64,000 bases of DNA from Podarcis tiliguerta (lineage: Eukaryota). The position numbers and the translations under genes were made by a program. The notes under the pieces are model-generated. The model was not told the DNA's origin, made no database searches, and saw nothing but the letters and a program-made list of their open reading frames with translations. The stretch lies in NCBI GenBank assembly GCA_965153285.1, contig OZ229112.1. One strand, given 5' to 3'. The first letter of the stretch is position 1. Each line of letters begins with the position of its first letter. Shown piece by piece: positions 23,402 through 37,600 of the stretch.

Positions 23402-26014
23402 CCCTTTAACAGTACACTGAGTCATTTTCCATTTCAATGTACAATCAAACAACTCTACTTAACACTTCTTTCCCAGGCCTACTGCAGTATGTCAGGGGTT
23501 GAACATGGGCTCTTTTGCATGTAAAGCAGATGCTCTGCAATGGAGCTACATGGAGAACACAAAACCTATCACCTTAAACACAATGCTTTTTATTGCACTT
23601 TCTGTTTCGTCGACTACAGTAATGGCCTTGTACATGAGTTATCCCCAAAGCAACAGTAACTTTCTGTCATTAAGTAAACATATAAATCAAACCTTGAGCA
23701 CAGCTTTGAGGTCCTGAGATCTCTTTCCTGTGGCCAGAAATCTGCAACTGAAACAATGAGAAGTTTCCTCCCCTATAGGGAATGTAGAGTTTTGACTTGA
23801 AAGGAGTCTGTGCATTCCAGAAAATATGCTGGGCCTTGGTGAGATGGGGAAGTTATGTAAGGACGTTGGGGTCAAAAGCTTGCAGAAGGATGGTTAGAAA
23901 CAGCTGCTAGTGAAAAAGAGCCATTTTTACCAAATAGACAAGGAGCTTTTCTAGTGTAAATCTTCAGCACTATACAGTCATTGCAATAAGTGGTTCCTTG
24001 CGAAGGGGTTTACACAGTTTGTAAACACATACACAGACACTCCTGGTAACTAAGCTGCTTGGCTGCGTTCTTCCTTATGGCAGCTATTGAGCTTCAAGAT
24101 AATTGTTTATAACAGGACACAGCAGATTTGGCATGGTGTGCCTTCATCTGCATGTTAAAACACTTTGTCCCAGGGAGGACCATGGTTCTCTCCAAGTTGC
24201 AGAGCTGGGGAAATAAAAGCAGATGATTTTGATGGAAAAGCATACTAAATATGGTAGGATTGTAAGCGCAATGTTTAATATTTTGCTCATTCCGAAAAAC
24301 AAGGACATTCATTAGCTAGGCCACAACCTTTTGCATCCCTATTTGGAGAGAAAAAGGCCCACTGAGGTAAATGAAATCATTTCTCTGCAAAAATGCATTG
24401 GGTTGAGTTGTTAGCAAACATATATGAACATATGATCACATCAGATCCAAATGTATACCATCTTACCTGAAAGTCTACGAGCATCTTTATTCTCCAATAT
24501 TTCTTCAGTAAATAAATATCTGAATACATGGGGGTCCACAGGAACATTGAGAGGGCCTCAGCTTAGCCACTCCAATTTACGAAAACCTGTGTTGTATCCA
24601 GTATGCTGCACTCTCTACTTGTTCAAGCACTCTCTATTATTTTAAAATGCTTAAATATTAACAGATGTATCATGTACAACTGCATTAAAAAAATTGAAAC
24701 CAAAATGCAGTAGGTTACCAGGAAGGTCATGGAATTAAGTGATGTGGACATTACATCAATATCCTCCTTTAATGCAGGTCAAATGAGTTTGCCCATTTTA
24801 GGCTTGATTCAGGGCCAAAGTAGACCTGACATTAATTGCACAGTCGTGGTTGACCTTTCTACTTCTTCAATTTAAAAAGCAACTGTAGGGGGCAGAGATC
24901 AAGACTGGGACTGTAGTTTGACCCTTTCCCTTGTGCTATGGTCCTGATTAAAACCATCTCCCCAACCTGCTCTTATTTGCCTGAGTAGGAGAGCTTCAAT
25001 TATTGCCCAAGCAAACATCCTACCCAGGGCAAACAATAGCTTTCAGAGATGACATTAATCAGGACTTCATTGGAAGACAGGGTTAATCCCTTTCCTTATG
25101 TTGCATGGTCCCAATAATGATTGTGCTCAGCAGCAAAAAAATATAAAAATATATAAATGATTGGGTCGGGGCCACAGCTGTTATTAACATTTCAAATCTA
25201 AATAGGTTAATTGCAATCACGCAATTATAGTCACATTTAGTTTGGTTCTCCGGGCTGTCAAAAATGGCTTTTAAAAAACAATTCTCTCTTATTGGAGATA
25301 GCTGTTTAGCACATTGCCGACATCTATATTCCATAGCCAAGAATGCTCAGCTGAATTAATTGCCAAACCACAAGGAGTGTCTTGGAACCCCACAATGATC
25401 TTGATGGCTTTTTATCACATTTTAATGTACTGAAATTTTGAAAAATACTTATCAGCACCCTTAATTTTGTATGTCTTTTTAATCGTAACTTTAAGATGAT
25501 TAAACACATTTACCACATCTCCAAGACCCTTACTTGGCCATGACTACTTTGCTATGGCCTCAGGTGTGCATTTGCCAATAGGAATTTGTCAAAGGCATTA
25601 GAGGCAAGGCTTCAAAGGCTGTTCTCCATCCCAGCAGCAAAAGTCTATTTCCCTGGCTTGCAGATGGTGCACAGTCCTTCCCTCATCCAAATGCATGATG
25701 TAATTTTTCCAAAGGCAGCTGTAGGTTGCGTTGAGCCAAAAGTTCATGAAGCAGCCGATCCCATCACCAGCTGGTAGTTAAACTGAAAGTTGTCTATGTA
25801 CATTCCATTGTCCCAATTAGAATGCAAAACAGTGTCTTCCATCAACAGAGCTCAAACAAGTATTGGTTTTGGGGAGTGGGAAATACAACATGTATTTTCT
25901 CCTGGGGGGGGGGGGGGAGGCAAGAAAAGAAATTCTAATGACAAAAAATTGCATATGTACCTACAGTGGGGATGGGAGACCCGTGGCCTCCAGAAATTAT
26001 TGAGCTTCTATCTC

Positions 26015-26350
26015 TCTTCTTCTTTGGTGATCACTCATAGCTGAGTAAGATTGTCTTCCATAAACAAGGTTTTAACAATGAGTCCGTAAATGACTGTGGA
26101 GGCCAATTGTGGATACACATGTCCTTCCACAGTGGGGTCATTGGTTTCCGGGCGGGAGTTGGTAACAGTGTGGATTTGCCAAGCTTGCCTTCCTCTTTGC
26201 ACGTTTCTCGCTTGCATCCTGAGTTTGAGTGTCTTCAAAGCCCATGATGCCTTTGGTGAAGGCTGTTCTCCAACTGGAGCACTCGCAGGCCAGTGTTTCC
26301 CAGTTGTTGGTGTTTATACTACATTTTTAAACATTTGTCTTGAGACAGAT
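26015..26350 (-). mobile_element. 3' fragment of a second RTE-clade LINE family, with a C-terminal C2H2-like motif
   Basis: Minus-strand translation INTNNWETLACECSSWRTAFTKG...*PHCGRTCVSTIGLHSHLRTH; this motif is absent from the Bov-B ORF in this window. Confidence 0.8.
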
Positions 26351-26869
26351 AAGCTCTGGAAGGCCACAGGTTCCCCACCCCTGACCCCTGACTGCAATGT
26401 CCAATGCATAGCATCTTCCGCCTCCCATTTCCATAAAGTTCAATACTTTCCATGTGACATATTCAAAGCTGTAAACATATGGATGGCGGGGGAGCAGGAT
26501 CATGCCTGCTAGCCTTGCTCTATCCATGCATTTATCAGAACCTCTGAACAGACCCTACAGCCTTACCACATGTATGATTGTAGGCTCTCTTCATGCAGTT
26601 GGGTACCCTGTAAAAACGCAGGGAAAGGAAACCACCTCATACCGGGTCTGACTGCTTGTCTATCAAGCCCAGTATTGTCTGTTCTGACTGACAGAGGCTC
26701 TCTAGGATCTCAAACAGAGGTTTGAGACCACCACTGCCTATCCAGGCTAGTGTTTCCCCCCGCAGCTGGAGGTTGTTGCCCAAATGTGGAAAACAAAAAG
26801 GAACAGACTTTTGTACCAAAAAGAAAGAAAGCAGGGATGCAATTTTTTTAAAAAAAATATATTATTTTT

Positions 26870-27990
26870 TTGAAAAGCATATAACTAAGACCACCAAAGG
26901 AGGAAGCCAGTTAGAGAGGATGTTAGATGACAGGGGGGTTAAATGTGTGCTAAAGGATGACAAACAGCCTGCAGAAAAGCTGAATACATTTTTTTCACTA
27001 TGTAGGGCAAATACTGTACCTGAACTATCTTTCTCAGGAAGAACAGAGGCATATATTGGTGCCATGAGATGAAGTTCTAGATATTTTTGACAGATTAAAA
27101 ACTGAGAAGGTCTGGATAGGATCCACCCAAGAGTTTTTAAAGAATTCACATGTGGAATTGCTATCTTCTAACAAAAACATGTAACTTGTTTATAAGAGTA
27201 GCCTCTATATCTGAAGACTAGGAAGCAGTTGATGTTAACACCAATGTTTATAAAGTATTTAGGAAATCACAAATGGTTAGCTTAATGTCTGTTCTGGGTA
27301 AATTGGTGGAAGGAGTTACTGATGGGGAAATTATGAAGTATAGAGAACAACAAGACTTGCTGCAGGAGAATCAACATGCCTTCTGCTATGTGGAAAGTTT
27401 ACATTAGGGGCATCTTAAATTAGACAAAAGGGACGCGGGTGGCATTGTGGGTAAAACCTCAGCGCCTAGGACTTGGTGATCACATGGTCGGCGGTTTGAA
27501 TCCCCGCGGCGGGGTGAGCGCCCGTCGTTCGGTCCCAGCTCCTGCCCACCTAGCAGTTCGAAAGCACCCTTAAGTGCAAGTAGATAAATAGGTACCGCTT
27601 CATAGCAGGAAGGTAAACGGTGTTCTGTGTGCTGCTCTGGCGAACCGCCACCACGCTGGCCACGTGACCCGGAAGTGTCTGCGGACAGCGCTGGCTCCCG
27701 GCCTCTAGAGTGAGATGAGCGCACAACCCTAGAGTCTGTCAAGACTGGCCTGTACTTTACCTTTAAATTAGACAAAAAAGTTGAGTAAGAGGGGACATAA
27801 TGGAGGTTTCTAGAATTATGCGTGATATTCAGAAAGTAAATAGAGTGAAGTTTTCCTCCTTCTCTCATAATAGGAAACTCAGGTCATCTGAAAACTTTTG
27901 TTGGCTTCTCATAGGCATCTGGATAGCCACTTTGAGAAACACGATACTAAACTAGATATAGGCCTTGTCCTGATCCAGAAGGACTCATCA
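26870..27990 (+). mobile_element. Degraded CR1 LINE ORF2 fragments, interrupted by a Sauria SINE
   Basis: LKDDKQPAEKLNTFFS, IHPRV and ENQHAF remnants. Confidence 0.8.
27430..27762 (+). mobile_element. Sauria SINE, near full length
   Basis: GGGACGCGGGTGGC head with A/B-box-like motifs; TTTACCTTT tail; ~15-bp TSD TTAAATTAGACAAAA. Confidence 0.93.
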
Positions 27991-29851
27991 TGCAGCAGAG
28001 CTAATCTTATGTCCACTGCATCCCCCTGGCCAGAAATCCCTGAGGCTACCCCTTCCAAGCACACAAATATATACTACCTATTATTATAACAGGGATTTCA
28101 GTGGTCTTTTAGTAATCATGAGATGGCCAATTCACTTGAGCAATGAGTAATATACATTAATTCCAGCTTGCAGATTTATGCTGATAAAAAAAGTATAGAT
28201 AGCCACTGTAGCAGACATGTGGCTGCTATAGTCATATCCATTTGGATGCAAATATAACATTAATAACAAACTACATACAGCGTTGGCATGGCAACAAGAA
28301 CCTACTCACATAAGGCTTAATCCAAGGCCTGTGAAAATACTCCAACTGAGTACTGTACAATGAACTCTAAAGAAGACATGTAAATTTGGGGAAGGAGAGA
28401 AAAAGCAACTCCGTGGGGGCCTCTTCAGACATTAAAAAAAACTATTTCTTACATTAAAAAAACCAGCCTTTAATGAACTTCCCATTTCGCTCTTCTGAAT
28501 GCTCTGAGAGTTAATTATATTGCCCGTTAGCAAGTACAGTGAATCCCACACAGTGTGGCAAAAAGTTGCCAAGTAAGTTACTAATTCTATAAACAAAGCT
28601 AAAAACTCCTCTCTTTCACCTAGCCTGGTTGGTTTTCAAGCACATACCTCCTGGCCATCATTAGCTGTAGCTAAACTTTGTTTCTTTCTAAAATGGTTAA
28701 AGGTTTATATACCATACCACTCCCTCTGTTTTGAGGTAAGAAAAAAAAATCTGAAATATTTGCAGTTTCAGCTCCTTTTCTGGCATAAATAGACATAAAA
28801 GAAAAGAAAAGAAGAAGAAATCTGTCTAGGCCTGTTCACACATTTCAAGCAATGTCATATTCATGCAGTAATGGTAGTGCACGTGTCTTCTCCTTCAACA
28901 TGCAAACAGGATTGCAGAGGAACACAGGGAGCTGCTTTGTAGTATTATCTAGTTCAGTGTGAGTACCATGAGCATCATTAGCTTGTTTAGTGTACCCCCC
29001 CCCAAATCACTGGGAAGGTGTGTATTCTGCGCTGTCTTCCAGTGGCTGTTACCACTCAAACAAATCAGCTAACCCCACTCCTGAAGTATTCTGAATGTTT
29101 AAGAAACTTTTAAAAAGAACCCTACCTCTAATAACTTGAGGGATGCTTTATATATTTTCTGGGATTGATTTCCTTTTGTAACCTATTTGTATTCACCATG
29201 GGTTTTCCTCTGCAAGATGTTTAGGGACATTTTGTATTTTAGCAACACACTCTATAGATACAGTATAGTGCTTGTTTCCCAGAGATAATAAGTTGCAGAC
29301 TATTATGCTGTGGGGATGTTTATTCCCCTCCTCAAGCTTTTGAAGTCATTAAAATGATAATAAAAATAATCTTAGGGGTGGTGCTCTCTGGATGATAAAT
29401 GTATATTCCTTCATTTACTACAAATTGAAGTAAGCAATTTATTTGAGGGTCCTTCTGCTCATTCCGGGGGGGGGGGGGTCTGCCCTCAAGCCTTGCCCTG
29501 ACGACACCACAGATCATATCATATGATAAGATGCAAGTTCATGGTTTTTGGGTGTGTGCAGCTGTTTGGTTAGGAGACCACCAACTTTTGTTTTTGTTTT
29601 TTAATGAGGTGGGACTTCTGAGCATCACCAGTTTTTCTTCTATGTGAAAGGGTGTTTTGTGGCCCACAGGAGTTTCTTAGATTTCTGATGGTGCCCCGGG
29701 CTCAAAAAAGGTTGGGAACTCTAATCAGAGTGTTAGACCTTTGCACCTTCTCCAGCCTCAGTCCCCAAAGGCTTTGTCTTTTATTCAAAATAATGATTAA
29801 GAAAACTCCTCCCATATGTCTTCTGCTCACTGCAGATTCACATTTCATGCA

Positions 29852-29852
29852 T

Positions 29853-29896
<44 letters not shown>

Positions 29897-30007
29897 ATAA
29901 TATATTTATACCCTGCCCATCTGGCTGGGTTTCCCCAGCCACTCTGGGCGACTCCCAATAGAATATTAAAAACACGATAAAACATCAGACATTAAAAACT
30001 TCCCTAA
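29852..30007 (-). mobile_element. Short L2 3' end with an adjacent (AAC)n microsatellite
   Basis: CTGGGTTTCCCCAGCCACTCTGGGCG is shared with the L2 3' UTR at ~20248-20273. Confidence 0.85.
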
Positions 30008-31034
30008 ATGCACATTAACATCCTCCTTCAACATTTCCTTCTTTTACATATTCATACATAGAACATTCTATTTTACTTTGCCCCAATACTTTTTGCCACG
30101 GCTCTTAGCAATCTGGTGCTTTCACAGAAACTGGAAGAGAAATTAAATAATGAGGAACGCCTCATTCCTGTTATTCATTGGGGAGAAGCAAGAAAGACAG
30201 GATTTGTCTATTTAATACTTCTGTTGGACCATATTGGGAAGTTCGGTATGAGTCACAGGTGAAGCTATGTTGAAGGTCACCACTTAGCACCTTCTATTCA
30301 AATCTTTGCACCTCCTTTTTCTTTATATTCCTTGTACATTTAGTCAGTCCTTTCCTCTGCCTGAAGTCGGGCATTTCTCCTCTGATGAGAACTCTCTATG
30401 CAGATACATGACAGATTGATTACTGAACTACTGTGGGAACTGTCGTTCTGTGGGGGGGACAGGAGTCTCCCAGCAACTCTCAGCACCCTTGACAAACCAG
30501 TTTGTTAAAAACTGCAACACTTACCAAGTCAAAACTTTTATTCAGTTTAAATTATAAGTGTGGTTCTAATTTAAATTGATATTGATAGCAATGTAGCAAT
30601 ATGGTGGGGGTAATATAGTTTGCACCAAGCACATGTAAGGTTGCTTATGGCATGCTAGACTTGAATATCCTTTTTATTAGGCATTGTTGGCTAGTTCTGT
30701 TAGTCGTTTTAAATATGTTTTCTCATAAGAAAAGCAACTTTAAAAAAATGTACACAATAAATACAAATAAAATTCTACTGGTGGGTCTGAAATGCCATTT
30801 TCCCAAGGCATACTGACCCAAAGCCTGCTTTTTGCCAATATGTCTAGCTGTGCTTTATTTATGTTGGAGCTTCTATAACTGTACGCAGACTTTTTTTTCT
30901 GTGTTTGAAGTCTGCAGTGCATGTCCCCCTGGGACAGGCCTAATGGCTGTTCTAACCTCTTACAAAATACAAAATGGAGCATGGACATGTAATTTAATTC
31001 AGGAGCATGTGCTGTTGCAGTGGTGTTCACTGTA

Positions 31035-31374
31035 AAGGTAAAGGTACCCCTGACCATCAGGTCCAGTCGTGACCAACTCTGGGGTTGCGTGCTCATCTCG
31101 CTCAAGAGGCCGAGAGCTGGCGCTTGTCCACAGACAGCTTCCGGGTCACGTGGCTGGTGGAGCAGAGCAGCACACGGAAACGCCATTTACCTTCCCGCCA
31201 GAGTGGTACCTATTTTCTACTTGCACTTTGATGTGTTTTTGAACTGCTAGGTTGATAGGAGCTGGGACCGAACAACGGGAGCTCACCCCGTCGCGGGTAT
31301 TCAAACTGCCGACCTTCTGATCAGCAAGTCCTAGGCTCCATGGTTTAACCCACAGCACCACCCGTGGTCCCTTC
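31035..31374 (-). mobile_element. Sauria SINE, near full length
   Basis: 13-bp TSD GGTGTTCACTGTA (31022-31034, 31375-31387). Confidence 0.93.
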
Positions 31375-32514
31375 GGTGTTCACTGTACCTGCTGTAAAAT
31401 ACGTTTGCTCTGCTGTTTGGTTGATACTCTGCTGGCATGGGGGGGTGGAATGCCTTTGTGTGTTTTTGCGCCATCATACTGATGCTGTGATTTCACCTCA
31501 GTGATGCTTGCATCTCTTTTAATAAACATGTTATAAATTCTGGCTGAATTTTAAAAGAAGCTTTTGTCATCTCTGTTATTGATATCTCATATTCTGCTCA
31601 CTCCGCTCTTGAATAGTACAGATCTCTTTTCAAGGTGGGAAGAGTGAGATATAACATTTAACACAATATTACACAACAGCAGTTATTTCAACACGCTACC
31701 AAAGAGAGTGAAATAATGGCACTTTCTTCTCTGCTGAAAGACTAGCTCCATCAGGCTCTTCCCACAATGCTACAGGGACAGACAGTGGAAGAGAGTGTTG
31801 GGATACTGCCAGGGAGACAAAGTCCATCATGACTCCACGTCGTCTCCGGACGTCCATCGATCTCCCGTAGACACACAGTATCAGCAATTAGTGACACGAG
31901 CTCCAGAAATAACTTGCCACATTCCAGAGCCGTGCACGCTCTATCAGCAGATAAAGCACACAGCGAAAGATGCACTCAGGAGAGCATTATTTACAAGTTT
32001 ATTCAGCGTTGGTCAGAACAAAGAAAAACATGACTGCCTGCTTCAATGTCTCCAGCAGAGAGAGAGAAACGAAAGCAAAGACACAACATAAACATCCTGT
32101 GAAACAGGAAAATACGCAGGCTGTGACACAAACATCCTGCTCCCTTTTAAGGTGGAACGGAAATATCCCAACAGGGAGCAGCTATTTGGGTACTGCAGGG
32201 CCTCCCCCAGCACAAAGCATATGACTTTTGGCACTTGTCAATGAGAACTGAGTACTGTCCAGGATTCCCATGAATTTTCAAGGAATGGCATACTTCATCA
32301 TGGGGAAGCTTTTGTGGGCACATGCCAGTGGTGGCAGTGATCAGAGGCCCAAGTGGGCAGGACGATGAATGTGAATCTTACCTTTGCGCATACCTCTTTA
32401 TGCACAAAGCTAAGAGTCTTGGGGACCTGAGGTGTGCATTTTTAGAACCCACCCTGTTTTGTGACAATTTGTTTTAAATGTAACATTATTAATAATGCTA
32501 CATTATTAAGCAAC

Positions 32515-32705
32515 GAGAGCCAGTGTGATGTAGTGGTTGTGGAGGGTCGGACTAGAACCTGGGAGACCAGGGTTCAAATTCCCATTCAGCCATGAAGCTC
32601 CCTGGGTGTCCTTGGGCCAGTCAATCACTCTCTATCTAACAAGGTTGCAGTGAGGGTAAAATGGGGAGGAAAACTATGGACTTGGAGAAAAGGTTTAAAT
32701 AAATA
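32515..32705 (+). mobile_element. tRNA-derived SINE (Squam3/MIR-like)
   Basis: A-box-like GTGATGTAGTGG; B box GGTTCAAATTCC; GGGTGTCCTTGGGCCAGTC core. Confidence 0.7.
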
Positions 32706-32784
32706 CATTTTTAATTGTTGTAAACTGCCCTGGGACCTTAGGGTGTAGGGTGGTTTATGGCTGTTGCACCTGTTAAGAGGAATA

Positions 32785-33012
32785 CAGTGGTACCTCGGGT
32801 TACATACGCTTCAGGTTACATACGCTTCAGGTTACAGACTCCACTAACCCAGAAATAGTGCTTCAGGTTAAGAACTTTGCTTCAGGATGAGAACAGAAAT
32901 CGTGCTCCGGCGGCGTGGCAGCAGCAGGAGGCCCCATTAGCTAAAGTGGTGCTTCAGGTTAAGAACAGTTTCAGGTTAAGTACGGACCTTCGGAACGAAT
33001 TAAGTACCACTG
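32785..33012. mobile_element. Tc1/mariner (Tigger-like) MITE
   Basis: CAGTGGTAC.../...GTACCACTG with TA flanks. Confidence 0.9.
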
Positions 33013-35375
33013 TACACATCCCAGCCATGCAAAATCCAGAGGTTTTTACACACCCACCACATCTCTTCCTCCTCCCTCCTGGCAAGCAAGATGTGCCATC
33101 ACAGTTTCACATTTCAACCAGGCAACAGCACTTGTGGAAGGCTCAGAGCAGGGCTGGGGAGGCGTGTGGCCAGCAGAGAGTCCCAGACACTGGTGGGGTG
33201 GAGGGTTGAGAGCCCACCAGTAGGAGAAGTCAGAGCCAATGGCAAGCAGAGCCGATGCATTCTCATTTTGTCCCTTGTGAGTTCTATAAAGGCAACAATG
33301 AGACTAAGGAGGAGGAAGCTAGCAGGTAATGGTAATAGATAATGGGTGGACTGAGGTAGGTTTGCCCTAATGGACCAACCTCCACTGCTCCTGAGGAGTG
33401 GATAGAAAGGACTGGAGGATTTTCTTTGACCCAAGAGCTCAAGGCTCCCCACCCCCACCGTACACAAAACCAATATTCCCCCAGACTGTCCTGTGAAAAA
33501 ACAACAGGCAGTGGTGGAAAATCTCAAGTGTGGCAAAATATTTGCTCAGTCCTAATGAACTACCCTGAATAAAAAGTTGAGCATTGTGCTATTGGCTGAA
33601 ATTCACGTTAACAAAATGATTTTAAAAAACCTAACAAAACATAAACACAGGAGACACAGGGAGCCATGTACAACAAATAAATACATGAAAAACTTGAGAT
33701 CTTGGGCCTTCTGTTATCTATATACATCCTGTGAATACATCATAGTGTTCTCATTCCTGCCTACACACAGGCAGGTTTTTTTGCCAGGATAAAGACATAA
33801 ATCGTTATACCGTATTTACGCTAGATGCAAAAGAGAGAGTGCATCTGTTCTGTTTTAGATTAAGTCATCTTTTGTGTCTTGATGAAGCCCCATCCTTTTT
33901 GAAAAGCTCTCTCATCAAGCAGTAAGAGCAATGAGGTGTTTCTCTTGAAGAAGAAATCTACTTTCCATTCTCTAATTCTGATTTTGGATCAAGTTGCAGA
34001 TGTTTACATTGTTAGAGCAAAGAACAGGCAGAGACTTTGTGTTCTTCTCATCCATGTAATATGTCAGATGGAAACCTCCATAGGCTTTCTTAAAAGGGCT
34101 GGAGAGGGAGAGAAAATCAGTTGAATAGCCAATCCATATTTGAGGTTTGGACATAGCTAGAAATCTTGAACATGACAATGACACTTTCTATGCATGTCGA
34201 GGTGTCCCCAGACGAGCATCAAAATTTGTGCCAGGTTTTGACATCCTGAGAATTTAGATGTTCCTTCAGCATGCAGTCAACAGGTGTCTTTTGTTTGGTA
34301 TATACAGTGTGTCTTCCATGTGGAAATAGGTAGGGTTTTTAAGTTCTCTATGTGAGAATCACTTTCTTTTTAAATGTATTTTAAAAGGTATGTCTTGCAT
34401 TCTCAGCTCAACCTAATGGGTATACAATAACATATCCACAACTCATAGATAGGAATAGATGGCACCATTTTAATATTTCAAGTGGCAAACCACAGATCAT
34501 TTAAGATGGTATAAACTGCATTCAAGTAGGGTCATCATTCCTATTGCCTTTATTAAGATCAAACCAGCTGAAGCATGAAGACTCCATTTTACATGGTTTG
34601 TAGACCATAAGATATCTATCATCCAGTTTCTTTTGTTAACTTTAATTTCTAAAGGAAAGTGTCCAACTCTTACTAACTTGCACTTTTTTTTTGTATTCTT
34701 TGCCATCTGTGTCAATCTCTGAATTTCCTGGGAGGGAGAGAATGGTCAGATGGCTTGTTTCTGCCAAGGCACTTGGAAGCATTAGCCATAGAGGTGGTGA
34801 ACTTTCCACAAATATTTGACAACTGACCAGAAATTGTAGTTAGTTGCTTAAATGATTATGAGGAACATATCTAGGAGATTTCTCCACCGCTGGACATTTT
34901 CTTGGCATCTTCTTCCTTAGTCTGAATTCCAAATCTTCTTCTGCTAACAGAGATATTATTATTTCCTTATATAACACTGTAGCTGTGATAGAAACATAAT
35001 CACCTGCTGGTTTCCCAACGCCCAACTGTAGTTCAAGGCCCAGGGCGTGTTACAGAGGTCAACTGAAAAATCAGCAATCCTGTTGCGACTTGGCTGTACC
35101 CTTCCAGTAGGATCCAAATGGGCAAGAGAAAGGTCCAGCAATGAACTGCATGTATGGAGGGTGTACACTCTAGGACATGCCCCCAGAGGATTGGAGGCTG
35201 GTCTGTTAGGGCAAACAGGGCACTGCCCCACCATTCTCTGTCTGCCCCACATACCTGCCATCTTAATTGCAACCAGCCCAGCAGGTGGCTCCTGCTATCA
35301 GAATCATCATCCTTTGCTTAAGTTTTGCTCTTGGGGAAATAGACAGATGGGGACAAAACTAGAAATAGTTGGCTA

Positions 35376-35757
35376 CGGTGCTTTTTTTCCCTGGGGGGAT
35401 GCAGAGGTATGCATACCCCTAAACATTTTGTGAATCTAACGGGAGAAGAAACTAATTTTTTATTATAAAAAACGCTTCTTCTCTAGCACAGTGAATTGTC
35501 AGTTCCATTGAATAGCACGGTGAATCGTCAGTTCCGTTGCTACCCCCGATGGCAGCCTCATTTCCTGTCACAGTGTTTCCTGCATCTCAGATGGAAGCGA
35601 GCGTTTAATGTGTGAAGTAGGAGTTGGAATCTAGCACAGTGATTGGTCAGTTTTGTTGTTACCACCTCCGATGGCAACTTCATTTCCTTTCCCGGTAATT
35701 TTCTTGAGTCAAAATGAGAGTACCCCTAAACATTTATTTTAAAGAAAAAAAGCACTG
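35376..35757. mobile_element. hAT MITE with three internal direct repeats
   Basis: TIR C(G/A)GTGCTTTTTTT; TSD GTTGGCTA/GTTGGCTC; three TAGCAC(A/G)GTGA...GTCAGTT units. Confidence 0.82.
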
Positions 35758-37469
35758 GTTGGCTCCATCTATTATTGGATCTGATTCCACCATTTCTGGC
35801 CTCCCTGCCATCTGCCCTATTGCTCCCACTCTGGGAGAATCACATTGCTGCCACTGTAATCAGTGTCTCTGCTTCTATCACTCTTAAATCCAGCACTGAT
35901 AGCAAGCCCTGTTTGGGAGCTTCAATCACTGGAACCAATCCTAGTATTTGGTGCCAAATATAAAAGGAACTGACCCTTTTCTCTTTGGCCCTGATTCCCA
36001 AACAGCCATTGTTCCTTTAGAGCTACAGTTTTACCTCCCCCAACGTGATGTCATATGATGTGGTGGAAATTAGGCTCAGTCAAGAGGGAGAGGGAGGAAT
36101 GCATCCTATGTTTGCTCTTTACATACCTGTTTCCCAAGTGTTTGCCAGGATAACAGGGACACTGAAGCTGGGGTCCTTGCAGAGGAGGACTAATAAGTGT
36201 GTGTGGGGGGGGATATTTGGGAAAGAATTAATTGGACAAAAATGGTTACATCACTGGATCATTTGGCATCTCCAAATAAGGAATTGTGTCATTATTATAT
36301 TTCCTGTATGATGAATTTATTTGATTAAACTGGTTGCATTACTTGAATGTTTGGTATCACCAGATAAGGAATTGTAGCTTTAAAAAAAAAAGTAAAATAA
36401 AACATATCCTGGTTCCCCTGAGACCAAGTTGGAATTGCAACCATTCTAGAAGAAAGAGCACAATCTGGGAACATCGTAAGGGGGATTTCACCATAACTTC
36501 TCTCTGGTATAATTAGCCGCACTTTTAAAGCATCAGTAATATTATACAGTGGGGATTCCCACTGTACAGTCATGATTTGTTTTGTCTATTTTTACTGAAT
36601 GCGGACCGTACTGCTCCTCCTTTATTCTTCATTGGTACTGAAGGAAGTATGAGACCTGATTTAAATGTGATGCTCATTTATGGAAACCATGTTCATATTT
36701 AGCTGTTATTCATGATCAGTGTCAACAAAAATGTTCTTCCCAACCTATAAGCATCTGTGATATGCCAGAAATCTGTACCCTAGCTAGGTATACTCTTTTT
36801 TTTTTGCTAACACCGGACATGTGTACAAGTGATAAGCACTTTATAAATTTGATATCGGTTGCAAGCAACACATAATTGGGTAGATTATTTATATGTACCA
36901 CTGTCATGCAATCATCTTTCAAAACTGCTGATTCTTTTTTTACTCTGTAATTTGTTACAAAATTACTGTGGTTTGGGTGCATGTTAAGGGGTGGAATATA
37001 TTGGAGACAATGTTGAGTTGGAATGACATAAATTCAATTTTTGGTGAACAGGTAAGATGGCTTTGCTAAGCACGGAGTAGCTGGCTAGGCCCTGCAGGAA
37101 CCCTTGGGTTGACTGGCTGTTTTAACTGTATGTATGCTCATTAATCTGGAATTTGTGTGTGTGTGCTTGTTTTTACACATGGATCGACTCTGATGTGCAT
37201 CTGGTGATGAGTTGACTCCCAAGAATGTGAAGTAATTTCTGGCTTCCAACTGAAGACAGGCCCTCTTGCTCTTTAACTCCTTGCTCTTTTTGGCTATGTA
37301 GCATGACATAAAGAGACTTACATTAATAACTGGAAAAGCACTGGGAAGTTCACTGTCTGATCTGCTGTTTATTCTGAAAAGGTCAGTCTGGGACATGTGT
37401 CACTTGGAAACAGAATTGTTAGTTTTGGAAGCGGATTTCCATTATAAGAAATACAAGACCCTTGTACAT

Positions 37470-37600
37470 GAGAACTTGAGAACATAAGAAGAGTCTTTCT
37501 GGATCATACCATAGACCCATCTAGTCTAACATTTTGTTCCATTTGTGGCCAACCAGATGCTTATGGGAAGCCCACAAGCAGGAGATGAGTGCAATGTAAA
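37470..37600 (-). mobile_element. CR1 3' UTR fragment
   Basis: Reverse complement of the 3' part of 42860-43130. Confidence 0.65.

Noticed and set aside
30480-30500. REST/NRSE-like CTCAGCACCCTTGACA
   Set aside because: Poor right half-site, and it lies in a MITE remnant.
35173-35182. p53 half-site GGACATGCCC
   Set aside because: A single decamer with no adjacent second half-site; expected by chance in 64 kb.
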